Source of the DNA: a virus
IMG/VR virus record: IMGVR_UViG_3300013383_000248
DNA length: 51,718 bases
Direction: 5' to 3' (one strand)
Made by a program: the position numbers and the translations under genes. Under the pieces are notes generated by a model that was not told the DNA's origin, ran no database searches, and worked only from the letters and a program-made list of their open reading frames with translations. Below, piece by piece: positions 28,019 through 38,320 of the stretch. How positions within the stretch are numbered: position 1 is the first letter of the stretch; the number at the start of each line of letters is the position of its first letter.

Positions 28019-29373
28019 TACTTATCCTCCATGTTGCAATCACAAACGAACTTATTTACCCATTCCCAAAAATGATAACCATTAAACATGGTGAAATCAA
28101 GGTCGTCAAATCTATGACTATTAAGCCAATTAGTTTTCTTATCATAAATAGTTAGATATACAGCTGCATAATTGCCGCTGCCATCTGTATAAGTGCCATA
28201 AAAAATATCATCGCAATAGACCACGAATCTGCCTTGCCACAGAGGGTCGTGCTTCAGGTTAATGTTCATATCCTTAATACGCCGCACAATCTTACGTTTC
28301 AGATTCTTTCTACTGTTGGAACTATGGGAGCCTTCCCAATACTTATGTCCTTTATCCATTACTTCTTCCACTCCTTAATTCTATATTGATACATACCCTT
28401 AGAATAATCTGTCGGGTCTTTAACTACTACAAAAATTGCATCATAATAAGGCGGATTATCAATAACAGTATAATCAATATCCTTATGGTACCCACATCTA
28501 TCAAGAGCAATTTTAACTGTCTTAATCATGCCTTCACGCACAATCCAAATGCTATGAGTGTTAGCCAGATTTGCCTGTACCATCATTGCACTATCAGGAA
28601 TAGATTTCAATGCTTTATAAATAACTCTACTTGCGCAGTCCTTCTCGCCGATTACCCCTTCTGCAATCAGCCTATCTTCGTCAGTCTTTACCATTGTTTT
28701 ACATCCTCCACATAAATAAATTCAAGAAATTTGTCTACATAAGACATAAATGCCCACTTACCTTGGCCAAGGAGACAAGATGTTTCATAAAGAAACCACT
28801 GTTCTGCGGCCTCAAGACTCGTCTCATAGATTTGCTTTTGGATATAATAGATAAGTTCATCAGCCACATCTTCCACAACCGTTCGCCGCACTTCTTCAAT
28901 TTCTGCATATGTTTTAATCCAAGGGAGTCTGCGGTCAAGGGTGATAAAATCATATGTATCCATAAAATCATAGTCGCCATTATCAAGCGGCAAATGATTA
29001 ATAACAATAAGTCCACCCATTAATATGCCCTTTCTACAAAGTAAGTACCAAAAATAGGCGGATATTCTCCAAATATTTCATTGAACTTCTCTTCCATCTT
29101 ATGTTCCAAATCTACATTAATGTCAAGATGATTAAGACGCTGGTAATCAAAAGTAGCATCCATATCAATACTGAAAAGACGATAGCCAAAGAAAATATGA
29201 TTCATCCAATCAGTACTAAAGCAATCAGCCACTACATAATCTTCATCTTGAAGCATTTCAAATGCTTCATCAGGATCAATCTTCACTCTTTCACAATATT
29301 CTTTAAACGAAGGAATATTATCTTCGCCAAACATAAAGCCGCGGCCAACGAATGCTTCATAATCAACACTCAT
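28018..29373 (-). CDS. four tightly packed hypothetical proteins: 28018..28371, 28359..28694, 28688..29020, 29020..29373
   Basis: overlapping start/stops (operon), no recognized motifs. Confidence 0.4.
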
Positions 29374-29481
29374 AAGGTTATTGCCTCCTTGTCAATTTTT
29401 TTATTTCTCATTTCTTTATATAAATATTATATAATATTTTTTTATAAAAATAAATAAGCCGATTGGGGCTAACCAACCGAC

Positions 29482-30636
29482 TTATGTAATAGGTTTAGAG
29501 ATTCCAGGAGGAAGTGTAATATATGTTTCATCACTAATGGCATTCCAGAGACATAGCCATTTACGATAATCATTATATTCTTTGTAATGAAGCGTCTTTA
29601 CATTAGGTACTTCATCTTCAGTACATACTTTAATAAATACTGTATTATTATCAAGATTATATGTTTGATAATATCCATTATCCAAAAGGACAACTACAGA
29701 ATTATCTGCACCCCATTGGATATATGTATTTTCAGAGAAGGATTGAAGCTCGTGATAATTTTCTATTTCAACTACTGAGTTCTCTTTGCTATCAGAAACT
29801 TCACAATAAATAATTGATAGGAAACCACTAATGCAAAGAGCTACTGCACACGTGGCAAATAGGGTAAAGAAAACTTCGCTCTTAAACCAATCCCAAATCT
29901 CTGAGAAGCCATAGTATTTAACATATCGATAAATACTATACATAATAGTAATAACAATAGCAATTATAAAGAAAATCATTCTTCTACTTCTCCCCCCCCC
30001 ATAAACTCAATAAAGCTGCGATTTTCAAGAGCATTAATAGTAAAATAATGATGATGAAGATCTGTACTACCAGGAGTTCCTACAATTGCCAGTTCATACC
30101 AATTTTTTTCAATTTTACGAATATACATAATAGGAATAAGTGCAGTGTTAATACGAATAGGATATTTATGGCCCTCAACTTTAACTTTATAAATCATATA
30201 TTAGCTCCACAATTTACACAATAAGTTTTTTCATCAACAATAAGAACTTGGTCATTCTTGAGGATGGCGCCGCACCTGACACAATGCGGTGGATTAGAGC
30301 AGAAGAATTTGCAGCCTGGATCTTCCTCATCGACACGCAAGCCAGAAATGATGCGGCATTGGCCTTGAATGCGGTAGCCGCATCTGCCGCACCTTTGCAA
30401 ACTCACCAAATTACATTCTCCTGAATGACATTAAGAGCTTCAGGACTTACTTCAAGACAATCATCCGGTGAAAATGCTTCTAGCTCTACTTTGTTAATGC
30501 TGTCAAAGTATTTACAAATCTTTTCCATAGCATCAGTATAACCTTCTTCATCAATCTCATTGCCGGCGTACACTAGCCCTGTTTCATCTCTTGGCTTATC
30601 ATCAAAATTCCAATTTACTTTATATCTAAAATACAT
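29482..30636 (-). CDS. four small proteins: TM protein 29482..29979, 29976..30197, Zn-ribbon protein 30194..30409 (CGRCGY..CVRCG..CVNCG), 30403..30636
   Basis: overlapping ORFs downstream of promoter 29405-29450. Confidence 0.4.
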
Positions 30637-30912
30637 TTAATCCTCCAAACTCGGCACTGTTCTAATATAGTAATTATATGCACCGATATATAAGCAGATG
30701 CATTCGTTAGTGCATTTATATTTGTCTAGTTGTTTACGGAATTCTTCAAGCTCTTCTTCAAGCGTGTCACTATCGCCGCAAATGTTAATACCATAGTTAA
30801 ATTCTTCAAAATCTTCTTCTTCGGCTACAGAGAGAATGAATTCTTCTGCTGTAGTTCGACTATCACAAACAATAATGCTACTATTACAAGTATTCCAAAC
30901 TACATATTTCAT
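30637..30912 (-). CDS. acidic small-protein family member 1 of 5 (91 aa)
   Basis: shared motif TTAEEFILSVAEEEDF; head-to-tail with four paralogs. Confidence 0.5.
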   Translation of the reverse strand: MKYVVWNTCNSSIIVCDSRTTAEEFILSVAEEEDFEEFNYGINICGDSDTLEEELEEFRKQLDKYKCTNECICLYIGAYNYYIRTVPSLED

Positions 30913-31199
30913 TAATCAGGCATCTCGCTTTCATAGATTTCACGAAGGAATAGAATAGATGCTTCACTTAACATATAATGTTCAAAACTTTTATGTCGAG
31001 TAATAGCTTTATCTTCCCAATTAGACAGAACATATACGCCACTAGGGACAAGAGCATATGCGATATCGCTATTAAACATATCCAAAGCTTTTTCTTCAGC
31101 ACATGATAGGATAAACTCTTCAGCATCGCCACGAGTTTTAAAGGAATAAACTCCAAGAATCATTTCATAGTCAGCTTCAATAACTGTATAAATTTTCAT
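30912..31199 (-). CDS. acidic small-protein family member 2 of 5 (95 aa)
   Basis: GDAEEFILSCAEEKAL. Confidence 0.5.
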   Translation of the reverse strand: MKIYTVIEADYEMILGVYSFKTRGDAEEFILSCAEEKALDMFNSDIAYALVPSGVYVLSNWEDKAITRHKSFEHYMLSEASILFLREIYESEMPD

Positions 31200-31201
31200 A
31201 G

Positions 31202-31477
31202 TTAATATTCTCCCAATTCTTCAATAATAAATCGGCCGCTCATAAACCAAAGAGCGGTGCCATAATGAGTTCTACATTTTACTTCTGGACGCCTTGATTT
31301 TCTAAATTCAAAACTATTATTAAAAAAATTATCTACACCTTCATACATTGCTTGATAATATACATCTTCTTCAGTTAATGCAAGGATAAGCTCTTCTGCA
31401 TCAGTTCGTGTATTACAAATGTATCGAGGAATTTCACAACAAGCATCATCATCAATTTCAGAGATTAGATATTTCAT
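31202..31477 (-). CDS. acidic small-protein family member 3 of 5 (91 aa)
   Basis: TDAEELILALTEEDVY. Confidence 0.5.
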   Translation of the reverse strand: MKYLISEIDDDACCEIPRYICNTRTDAEELILALTEEDVYYQAMYEGVDNFFNNSFEFRKSRRPEVKCRTHYGTALWFMSGRFIIEELGEY

Positions 31478-31816
31478 TTAATATTCCTCCCCAATAGAAT
31501 AATTATAATAGTCGGCAGCCATAAGAAGAGTCCAAGCATAAAAAGAAATATTATTATCATCGCCAAGCGGAAATCTAGATTTATTATACTCTTTCCATTC
31601 AAGAATTTTATCATTGAGATAAATTTCCATAGGATTTTCACCAGGCTTTACTGTAATTCCTGTTTCATCATAATAATAATCATCAAGGAATGCATTATAT
31701 GCTTCTTCCTCGGCTGCGGCAAGAATCAGTTCCTGTGCATCTGCTTCAGTATCACAAATACCAAGAATACCGGGATAGAAATTATCAAAATAATCATAAA
31801 CTACATATTTCTTCAT
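31478..31816 (-). CDS. acidic small-protein family member 4 of 5 (112 aa)
   Basis: ADAQELILAAAEEEAY. Confidence 0.5.
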   Translation of the reverse strand: MKKYVVYDYFDNFYPGILGICDTEADAQELILAAAEEEAYNAFLDDYYYDETGITVKPGENPMEIYLNDKILEWKEYNKSRFPLGDDNNISFYAWTLLMAADYYNYSIGEEY

Positions 31817-31818
31817 AA

Positions 31819-32112
31819 TTAGAATACCTCCACTTCGTCAATATTATAAGCACTTACGCACATAAGAGAATAACAAGACAACAACATATCCTTTCTATTA
31901 TCATTATCCTTATATTCTTTCCATTTATTAAGAACATCTTCGGCGGTGTTTAGGTCAGCCCAATAATCATCAAAAAGATAATCACAGAACCACTGGAAAT
32001 CTCCTTCTTCAGCACAAGCAAGGACGAATTCTTCTGCATCTGCACGTTCGGCAAATGCGATACCAGTATTTGCGTTATCATAGATATCGAAGATAGCATA
32101 AACTTTCTGCAT
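31819..32112 (-). CDS. acidic small-protein family member 5 of 5 (97 aa)
   Basis: ADAEEFVLACAEEGDF. Confidence 0.5.
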   Translation of the reverse strand: MQKVYAIFDIYDNANTGIAFAERADAEEFVLACAEEGDFQWFCDYLFDDYWADLNTAEDVLNKWKEYKDNDNRKDMLLSCYSLMCVSAYNIDEVEVF

Positions 32113-32114
32113 AA

Positions 32115-32683
32115 TTAATTTTCCTCCAAGACTTTGTTAATAAAATAATTAATAATTCTATTGCCTTTGGGGTCTGTGCCTGTATCTACATAAAGGAGGA
32201 TTTCTTTAGGGTCTTCGGGCATCATCGCAGGAGGGTGGTCGCGCATAAATTGTGCCATTTTCTCAATAGTTTTAATGAGGACTTGAGTTTTTTCCATTCT
32301 TTATTTCCTCCTTTATTTTATATATATATTTTAACAAATTTTTTTATAAAAATAAAAAAAGCTAGATTTCTCTAGCTTCTTTCTTATTTATCTACTTCTT
32401 CAACAATTACAATAGCATTATGAATAACAATACGATGGCCATCATAATCGAAGAATGTTTCATTTTCTGATTCGCTAATATCAATCATTGCCGGGCCGTA
32501 TTCACGCAAAAGATTGCTATTGTAATCATATACAGATACAATACGGTAAAGACCACCGGTGTAATTGCTCTTCCAGCTTTTAAGGGTGCGCTGAAAGCCT
32601 TCACCGCTAAACATAAGAACCAACAGACCAATTACAAGGGCAACAACAATAATAATTGTAATAATACTACTAGTGCTTCTCAT
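32115..32683 (-). CDS. two small proteins: 32115..32297 (60 aa) and membrane protein 32384..32683 (99 aa)
   Basis: ORFs flanking terminator/promoter at 32300-32383 (aaaaaaagctagatttctctagctt). Confidence 0.35.
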
Positions 32684-32684
32684 A

Positions 32685-34055
32685 TCAATTCTCCTCCAAA
32701 GTCATTTCTTCCTCAATTTCTTCCATATCAGGCATTTCGGCATCAACCTTAATTAGGTTCTCTAGTACTTTAAAATTATAAGATTTGTCTTTTGCAACAT
32801 CAAAGCGTGTGCCGTTCATCTTGCGAACAACTATGCCTTCAATAACATGAGAAGAATCAATTGTAGAAGGAATATCCTCATACTTAGCAATTCGTGCAAG
32901 GAAATCCTCTTCAGTAGTATAGATGAAACGTTCCAGTTCAGGTACAGTTTCAAAGCCCATCTGCTCTGCACGCTGCTTAACAAGATCCCAAGGATATTCA
33001 ATTACTACGCCTTCAGGGGTAGTATAAGTCATACGATAAACAAAATAGCGATTAAGAGGCTTATCATCACCAGTAGGAGAACAACCATAAGAAAAGGTGG
33101 TAGTCTTACCATACTGTTTAATAAATGCTTTATCTTTAGTTTTAGTGTTATCGCCCGGCGTCATAATAGGCGCGTTAGATGCATAGAAGCCTGCAATTTC
33201 GCCAAAGCATTCCTCATTCGGCAGAAGTTTACCCTTGAAGCGTTCGCCCCAAGCTCTACGGAAATCATCATTACCATAGAAACCGCCAGTGCTATTGTTA
33301 GTAAGAACAGTGCGGCGAGTGCCAATCAGATAACGCATTTCAGTCTTGGGAGTGAGATGAGACTGTGCGGACATACGCCATTTCTTCGGCAGCCAATTGC
33401 TATGTGCAATAAGCTTGGTAAGGAAGAAACCCTTCTCACCAATAATTGCAGTCTGATAAGCATTACGAGAGCTAGTACCGTGAACCTTTTCGGTCAAACA
33501 GATAATATCACCCGGCTTAAACATATCCATATTAAAACGAAGCTGCGGAGTATCAATATGTTCTGCGAAGAATGGATACTTAATACGACATTTCTTTGCA
33601 GACTTACGGTCGCGTTCGCCGCGTGCAGTAGACTGAGAAGCTCTGGGCTTATGCATCGGCACATACTTCTCGGCAATAACATGACCATTAAAGGTAGATA
33701 CAATATCACCTTCGGCCAAGTTGCTAATGTCGCCAAAAGGAGCAAGACAAGTAAGCGGAAGAACAAGGCCTTCAGACTTATTGCCACGCAGTCGAATTGC
33801 GCCTACATTACGCTTTACAGGGTCAATAAAACCACCTGCCGGATTACCATTTTCATCTTTGCGGCGGAAAAGGTCATTCGCCTTACCAAATTCTTCACTA
33901 ATCTGACCGTCCGTGGGGAAATAGACGTAAAGGTCATTTTCATTTACGGACTTATCAACAATGGTAGTGATACCAAATACTTCACAGGCATTCAGACGGT
34001 CAGCATTCTCCGCAGGTCTAATGTTTTTTACTTTACAAACATATACATTATACAT
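32685..34055 (-). CDS. ATP-dependent RNA ligase (Rnl2/Rnl5-like nucleotidyltransferase; 456 aa)
   Basis: motif I TEKVHGTS (KxHG lysine adenylyltransferase motif as in T4 Rnl2 KIHGTN), N-terminal OB-like domain. Confidence 0.65.
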   Translation of the reverse strand: MYNVYVCKVKNIRPAENADRLNACEVFGITTIVDKSVNENDLYVYFPTDGQISEEFGKANDLFRRKDENGNPAGGFIDPVKRNVGAIRLRGNKSEGLVLPLTCLAPFGDISNLAEGDIVSTFNGHVIAEKYVPMHKPRASQSTARGERDRKSAKKCRIKYPFFAEHIDTPQLRFNMDMFKPGDIICLTEKVHGTSSRNAYQTAIIGEKGFFLTKLIAHSNWLPKKWRMSAQSHLTPKTEMRYLIGTRRTVLTNNSTGGFYGNDDFRRAWGERFKGKLLPNEECFGEIAGFYASNAPIMTPGDNTKTKDKAFIKQYGKTTTFSYGCSPTGDDKPLNRYFVYRMTYTTPEGVVIEYPWDLVKQRAEQMGFETVPELERFIYTTEEDFLARIAKYEDIPSTIDSSHVIEGIVVRKMNGTRFDVAKDKSYNFKVLENLIKVDAEMPDMEEIEEEMTLEEN

Positions 34056-34082
34056 TTACGTCTTTTCCTTTCTTAGTTTTAA

Positions 34083-34235
34083 TTAGTTGTCTACTGGAGA
34101 GAAGAAGTCGAGGCTTTCGGTTAGCCATCTTCCTAGCTCGGTATCAAAGTAAAGGACACGGAAATGTCCACTATCGTCTCGATAAATCTGTGCAATCGTG
34201 TAGGTCTTACCGGAGACATTATTCTTCATCTTCAT
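34083..34235 (-). CDS. small hypothetical protein (50 aa), not in ORF track
   Basis: MKMKNNVSGKTYTIAQIYRDDSGHFRVLYFDTELGRWLTESLDFFSPVDN. Confidence 0.3.
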   Translation of the reverse strand: MKMKNNVSGKTYTIAQIYRDDSGHFRVLYFDTELGRWLTESLDFFSPVDN

Positions 34236-34240
34236 TATTA

Positions 34241-35382
34241 TTAAATCCTTTCGTTATAGGGAATGCGGCTATAGCCCATAATCATAGGCCAAATCATCTT
34301 TACCAAATCTGGATAAGATGTTAGTGTGCTTAGATACTCTATCTTTTTTTCTTCTACTATTGGTGTGTATGCCGGGCGAGAATGTTCTTTTTTGAGTTCT
34401 ACCAAATTTTTTGCCAATTGAACTCTTTCGTCCAAAAGGCGTACTATCTTCTCATCATAAGCAGCAATTTCATTTCGTAGTTCAGTCGCACGGTTAAGAT
34501 ATTCATTTAGGTTCAAGCTTCACGCCACCTCACAATCATAGTATTATCATTGAAATATTGAGTTGTAAAGTTATTAGAATTAAGAATTTCTTGAAGTTTC
34601 TTAACGGTATAATTGCTCGACGATGGAGTATCATCGGGAGAAATAACGATGGTATAAGCGTATGCACCATTGGTTGCTGCCTGTAGCATTCCAGGTGTAT
34701 TATCTGTAATGATTTTCTCGGCCTTTTCAATTGCAATACGTTCCTTAGTTGCTTCTGCTTCAGATGTAAGAGTAGAAAGTTTAGCAAAAAGGTTTTTATC
34801 CATCTTTTATTTCTCCTCTTTTTTATCGGGAAATGTTAATTTCCCGATTTCTTTATATATATATTTTATAATATTTTTATTTATTTTTCAATTAAAACGG
34901 ATATTGAATGTTTCGGCGAAGTCTTTCATATGCGGCGATATAATAGTTTCTATCATCACATTTGTATTTAGCTTTTCTGCCGCTCCAAAAGGTAACATGA
35001 ATAGTATTAGTAGTACTGTCGCCTTTTACGAAGCGAATGTCATTTTTCACTTGATGTTTGCGTTGAAGACCTGTATAAATAGTAATTACCATGGGTCAAC
35101 ATCTCCATAGCTACCATAATATTTCATATTGGTATTATTTCTTTCTTCATTGCGTGCTGCTCTCATAATGACCATCCATGTATCTTGTGCGACTTGCCAT
35201 AATTTTTTGTTTTTAAATATATAAGGGCTAATAGTGTCTAATGCAGTATTTTCTGTTGTTTGGATTTGCATTCTATATTTTTCATTTGAGTCAGTGTAAA
35301 AACTAACGTAGAGAATGGCTGATGTTTTATAACAGCAGAAATTTTTATTATCTGTTGTAAATGTAAAATATGGATTAATCAT
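34241..35382 (-). CDS. four hypothetical proteins: 34241..34516, 34513..34803, 34892..35092, 35086..35382
   Basis: overlapping start/stops; promoter motif at 34850-34890. Confidence 0.4.
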
Positions 35383-35588
35383 AGGTCATTAAATGCGTCT
35401 ATAGCGTCTTGACAGTCTCTTATGTTATCAAATGTAAATGTTTCAATGCCGTTAGATTTAGTTGTAAGTTCCATGGTTAATTCATTGTTTAATTCATTTT
35501 GAGTATAGAATTTTACACTCATAATATCATTAACGGCATAGAAAAATATATTATTATCATCTAAGGCAAACTATATAAACTTTTTCAT
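35379..35588 (-). CDS. small hypothetical protein (69 aa) with TAG at codon 6; missed by ORF track
   Basis: ATG overlaps upstream stop (ATGA); MKKFI-TAG-FALDDNNIFFYAVNDIMSVKFYTQ... ending TGA overlapping next ATG. Confidence 0.35.
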
Positions 35589-36046
35589 GTAAGTGCCTCC
35601 AGATATGCGTCTACTGTTTTTGTATACTTAGAATAGTCGATTTCTGTATTCCAAGAGCGAATCTCTGAGAGAATGTCATCAATTGTCGCGGTTGCATCAG
35701 GGTTTCTAGAATAGTCTACTGCAAGGGCAGGTTCTTTAGGATGTCGCCGCCGCTTTAGCGGGAAGCGTTCACATGCGGCGATATTTTTCTTGAAATTCAC
35801 TTTTCCATAATTGCCCATCGTGCCTAGGCAGTAGAGGTTGTCGGGGTCATTCTTATTAATCATATAAGCATACATACAGTCAGGCAGAAGCTTATGATAG
35901 GGGTCGTATTCTTTAAGGCAGTAGATGGTAGTATAGTCAAGTTGGTTTGCGGCAAGTTTCTTTTGAAATTCACCGCCGCCAAGGACACAGACTTTAAGGT
36001 TGTTGTAGCTACCAACTTCGCCATTTTGCTCACGATAGTTTGGCAT
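35585..36046 (-). CDS. hypothetical protein (153 aa)
   Basis: ORF; last minus-strand gene before the divergent regulatory region. Confidence 0.45.
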   Translation of the reverse strand: MPNYREQNGEVGSYNNLKVCVLGGGEFQKKLAANQLDYTTIYCLKEYDPYHKLLPDCMYAYMINKNDPDNLYCLGTMGNYGKVNFKKNIAACERFPLKRRRHPKEPALAVDYSRNPDATATIDDILSEIRSWNTEIDYSKYTKTVDAYLEALT

Positions 36047-36443
36047 AATGTATTTTTATCTCCTTTTTATTTCTATATATATTTTATCAAATTTTTTTAA
36101 TAAAAGCGATTATTTTTGATAGTTTATATACAAGAGTAAGCTATCAGGAACATTTCAACAAGTTTATCATAAGGTAGGAGAAGATTAGTCTTATGATGAA
36201 TGATATGAGTGTTAACAAAATGTGTTAAAAAAACTCATTCTTAAATAATTTACATAAGATTTTCTAGAATACCCTATTGCAACCGCAGCAATTTTTGGGT
36301 CAAAGTTATCAAGTTGATTAATTGAAAATTGATAAATAATTGAAACTTGAAATAAAACGCTACCCACTCTATATATAGTAAGGTGTGTAGAAAATTATTT
36401 CAAGTTTCATCATAAGATTTTCTAGAAAGGAGGTAATGTAATC
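36047..36443. promoter_or_regulatory. divergent control region: plus-strand TTGAAA-N17-TATATA promoter (~36347-36382), two copies of palindromic operator ATAAGATTTTCTAGAA (36218-36233, 36414-36429), repeated AATTGAAA boxes, 11-codon leader ORF
   Basis: exact 16-nt direct repeat containing palindrome TTCTAGAA, second copy between TSS and RBS of the plus-strand gene. Confidence 0.5.
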
Positions 36444-37115
36444 GTGATTGAAATTGGTAAAACCTATAAATTTAAAGAAGAATTTTGTAGGGAACTAGGT
36501 ATTCCAAATTGTCAAGTGGAACGTAGATTAAATGATTTATTAGATTGGCTAAGTAGCTTCTATGATTTTGATTTCAAAAAAAGTCGTCCATTTCTTATTA
36601 CAGTTAAAGAGATTATTGGTGAGTATAAACCCTTACCTCGTAAACTAACTAAAAGTAATGAACTTACTGAATAGAAGAAAAAAGATTATGCTGAATTTAC
36701 TAAATTTTCTCTAACTCCTGACTATACACCTAATAGTAAATCTAAAGTAGCTCGTGAAGCTATGGCATAGTTTGGTAAAGAAAAATATGGTCATATTAAT
36801 TAGAGATGGGTCATTCGTAATTTTGTTAAAGAACCATTTAATAAGTATGGAGAAACCAATGATGAAAGTGTATGGGTATATTATTCTACTTATAAGCCTC
36901 TTGAACCTGAAGTATGTGAAAAATGGCGTAGTATTTTGAGAGAAGAACATATTGGTGAAGAAGAAGCCAGTAATGCATTCTATCGTCAAGCTGAAGGATA
37001 GGATATTTCAAAAGAATTAGGCTATTTTAAAAAGGCAAGAGATAGATTTATGGAAAAGTATGATGATATTCCTATATTAGTTAAGGAATGGCGTCTGAAG
37101 AAAGACGTTGAATAA
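36444..37115 (+). CDS. plus-strand protein of 223 aa containing four in-frame TAG codons (GTG start, AAGGAGG RBS)
   Basis: frame is open from GTG 36444 through four TAGs to TAA 37113-37115, which is immediately followed by a hairpin/T-run terminator. Confidence 0.55.
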
Positions 37116-37116
37116 A

Positions 37117-37150
37117 AAAATGGAGGCTTATGCCTCCATTTTTGTTTTAT
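37117..37150. terminator. bidirectional rho-independent terminator
   Basis: aaaaaaatggaggcttatgcctccatttttgtttt. Confidence 0.7.
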
Positions 37151-37156
37151 ATAAAC

Positions 37157-37454
37157 AATTATTGAATAGGAGTAGTGTAGATATTGTTTATATAAAAAGA
37201 ATGATTAGGTAAAATTTTTAAAATATATGTAAGTAAAAGGAAGCGGATAGTAGATAGGGATATAAGCAATGTTATAATAAAATAGCATTAAAATTGTAAT
37301 AGATTGAAATTCAATTGTGTTAAATTGAGCCAAATCGTATTAAATTGAGTCAAATTAAGCCAAATTGAGAAGCGGGTGTGGCCCTACTGTACATGCTGTT
37401 GTTCTTGTATCCACTATGGACCGTCATCAAATCTTCTCCAACCTATTCAATAAT
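37157..37454. repeat. ~300-bp AT-rich element bounded by 17-bp inverted repeats AACAATTATTGAATAGG and containing iterons TAAATTGAG(C/T)CAAAT
   Basis: caattattgaatagg at 37157 and its exact reverse complement at 37440; internal direct repeats ttaaattgagccaaat / ttaaattgagtcaaat / aagccaaattgag. Confidence 0.5.
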
Positions 37455-37576
37455 TGTTTTTTTTAATATTATATCATATTTTTTTTAAAAAGTCAAATTA
37501 GAGCATTTTAAAGAGTAAGTATAGGGGCTTGTCCCCTATACTTACGATTGATAGGCCGGCTTGCCCGGACTATCAT

Positions 37577-37981
37577 TTACCACCCCATCAGATCAAGAAA
37601 CTTGTCAATGACTTCATCAGCAGAGCCAGTAAACTTATAGACCTTAGTCTTAGTCTTATCAGTAGGTTCCTTAACCGCCTTACCAAGGTCATCGAAGGCA
37701 CGACCTACCTTACCAGCCACATCAAACACCTTCATCAGGTCTTCCGGTGCAATCTTAATGTCATAAATGTCATAGCCGTAATAATCCTTTGCAAACTTAA
37801 CCAGGCTCTGGCAGATAACCTCTGCATCAGCCTTCTTTACTTCTTCTCTCTTGGACTTTTCAGCCTGAGCCTTCAGTTCCTCATCCCTCTTGGTCTGTGC
37901 CTTATTCAGTTCCTCAGTGATGCTCTTAGCAATATCCTCTGCGGATTCACCCTTCATCAGACGATCATAAAAATCATACAT
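37577..37981 (-). CDS. hypothetical charged helical protein (134 aa)
   Basis: ORF with two tandem promoters at 38020-38140. Confidence 0.45.
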   Translation of the reverse strand: MYDFYDRLMKGESAEDIAKSITEELNKAQTKRDEELKAQAEKSKREEVKKADAEVICQSLVKFAKDYYGYDIYDIKIAPEDLMKVFDVAGKVGRAFDDLGKAVKEPTDKTKTKVYKFTGSADEVIDKFLDLMGW

Positions 37982-38264
37982 ATGTATACTACCTCTTTAT
38001 AAAGATTTCCAGAACTCTTTATTCTGTATATATATTATAACAAAAAATTTTTTGAAAGCAAACTGGAAAAATTTTCCAGCTAATATTTTTTTTATTATTA
38101 TATAATATTTTTTTTAAAAAGTCAACTTTCGGGAAAATCAAGGGCCATATGAAAGTCCGCTAGATTGAGCAAAAAATTGCCATATGGTAGGTTTTTCTAG
38201 AATTCCGGTCATCACCTCCAGTGACGACCGGCTGAAATTACCATCTGTTCCAAATATTTCCTTG

Positions 38265-38318
38265 GTAAAATTTTCCAATTATGAAACCAAAAATTGGAAT
38301 GGGATTTTCTCCCATTCC
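38265..38318 (-). terminator. rho-independent terminator (13-bp perfect stem)
   Basis: aattggaatgggattttctcccattccaatt, minus strand followed by TTTTTGG. Confidence 0.6.
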
Positions 38319-38320
38319 AA

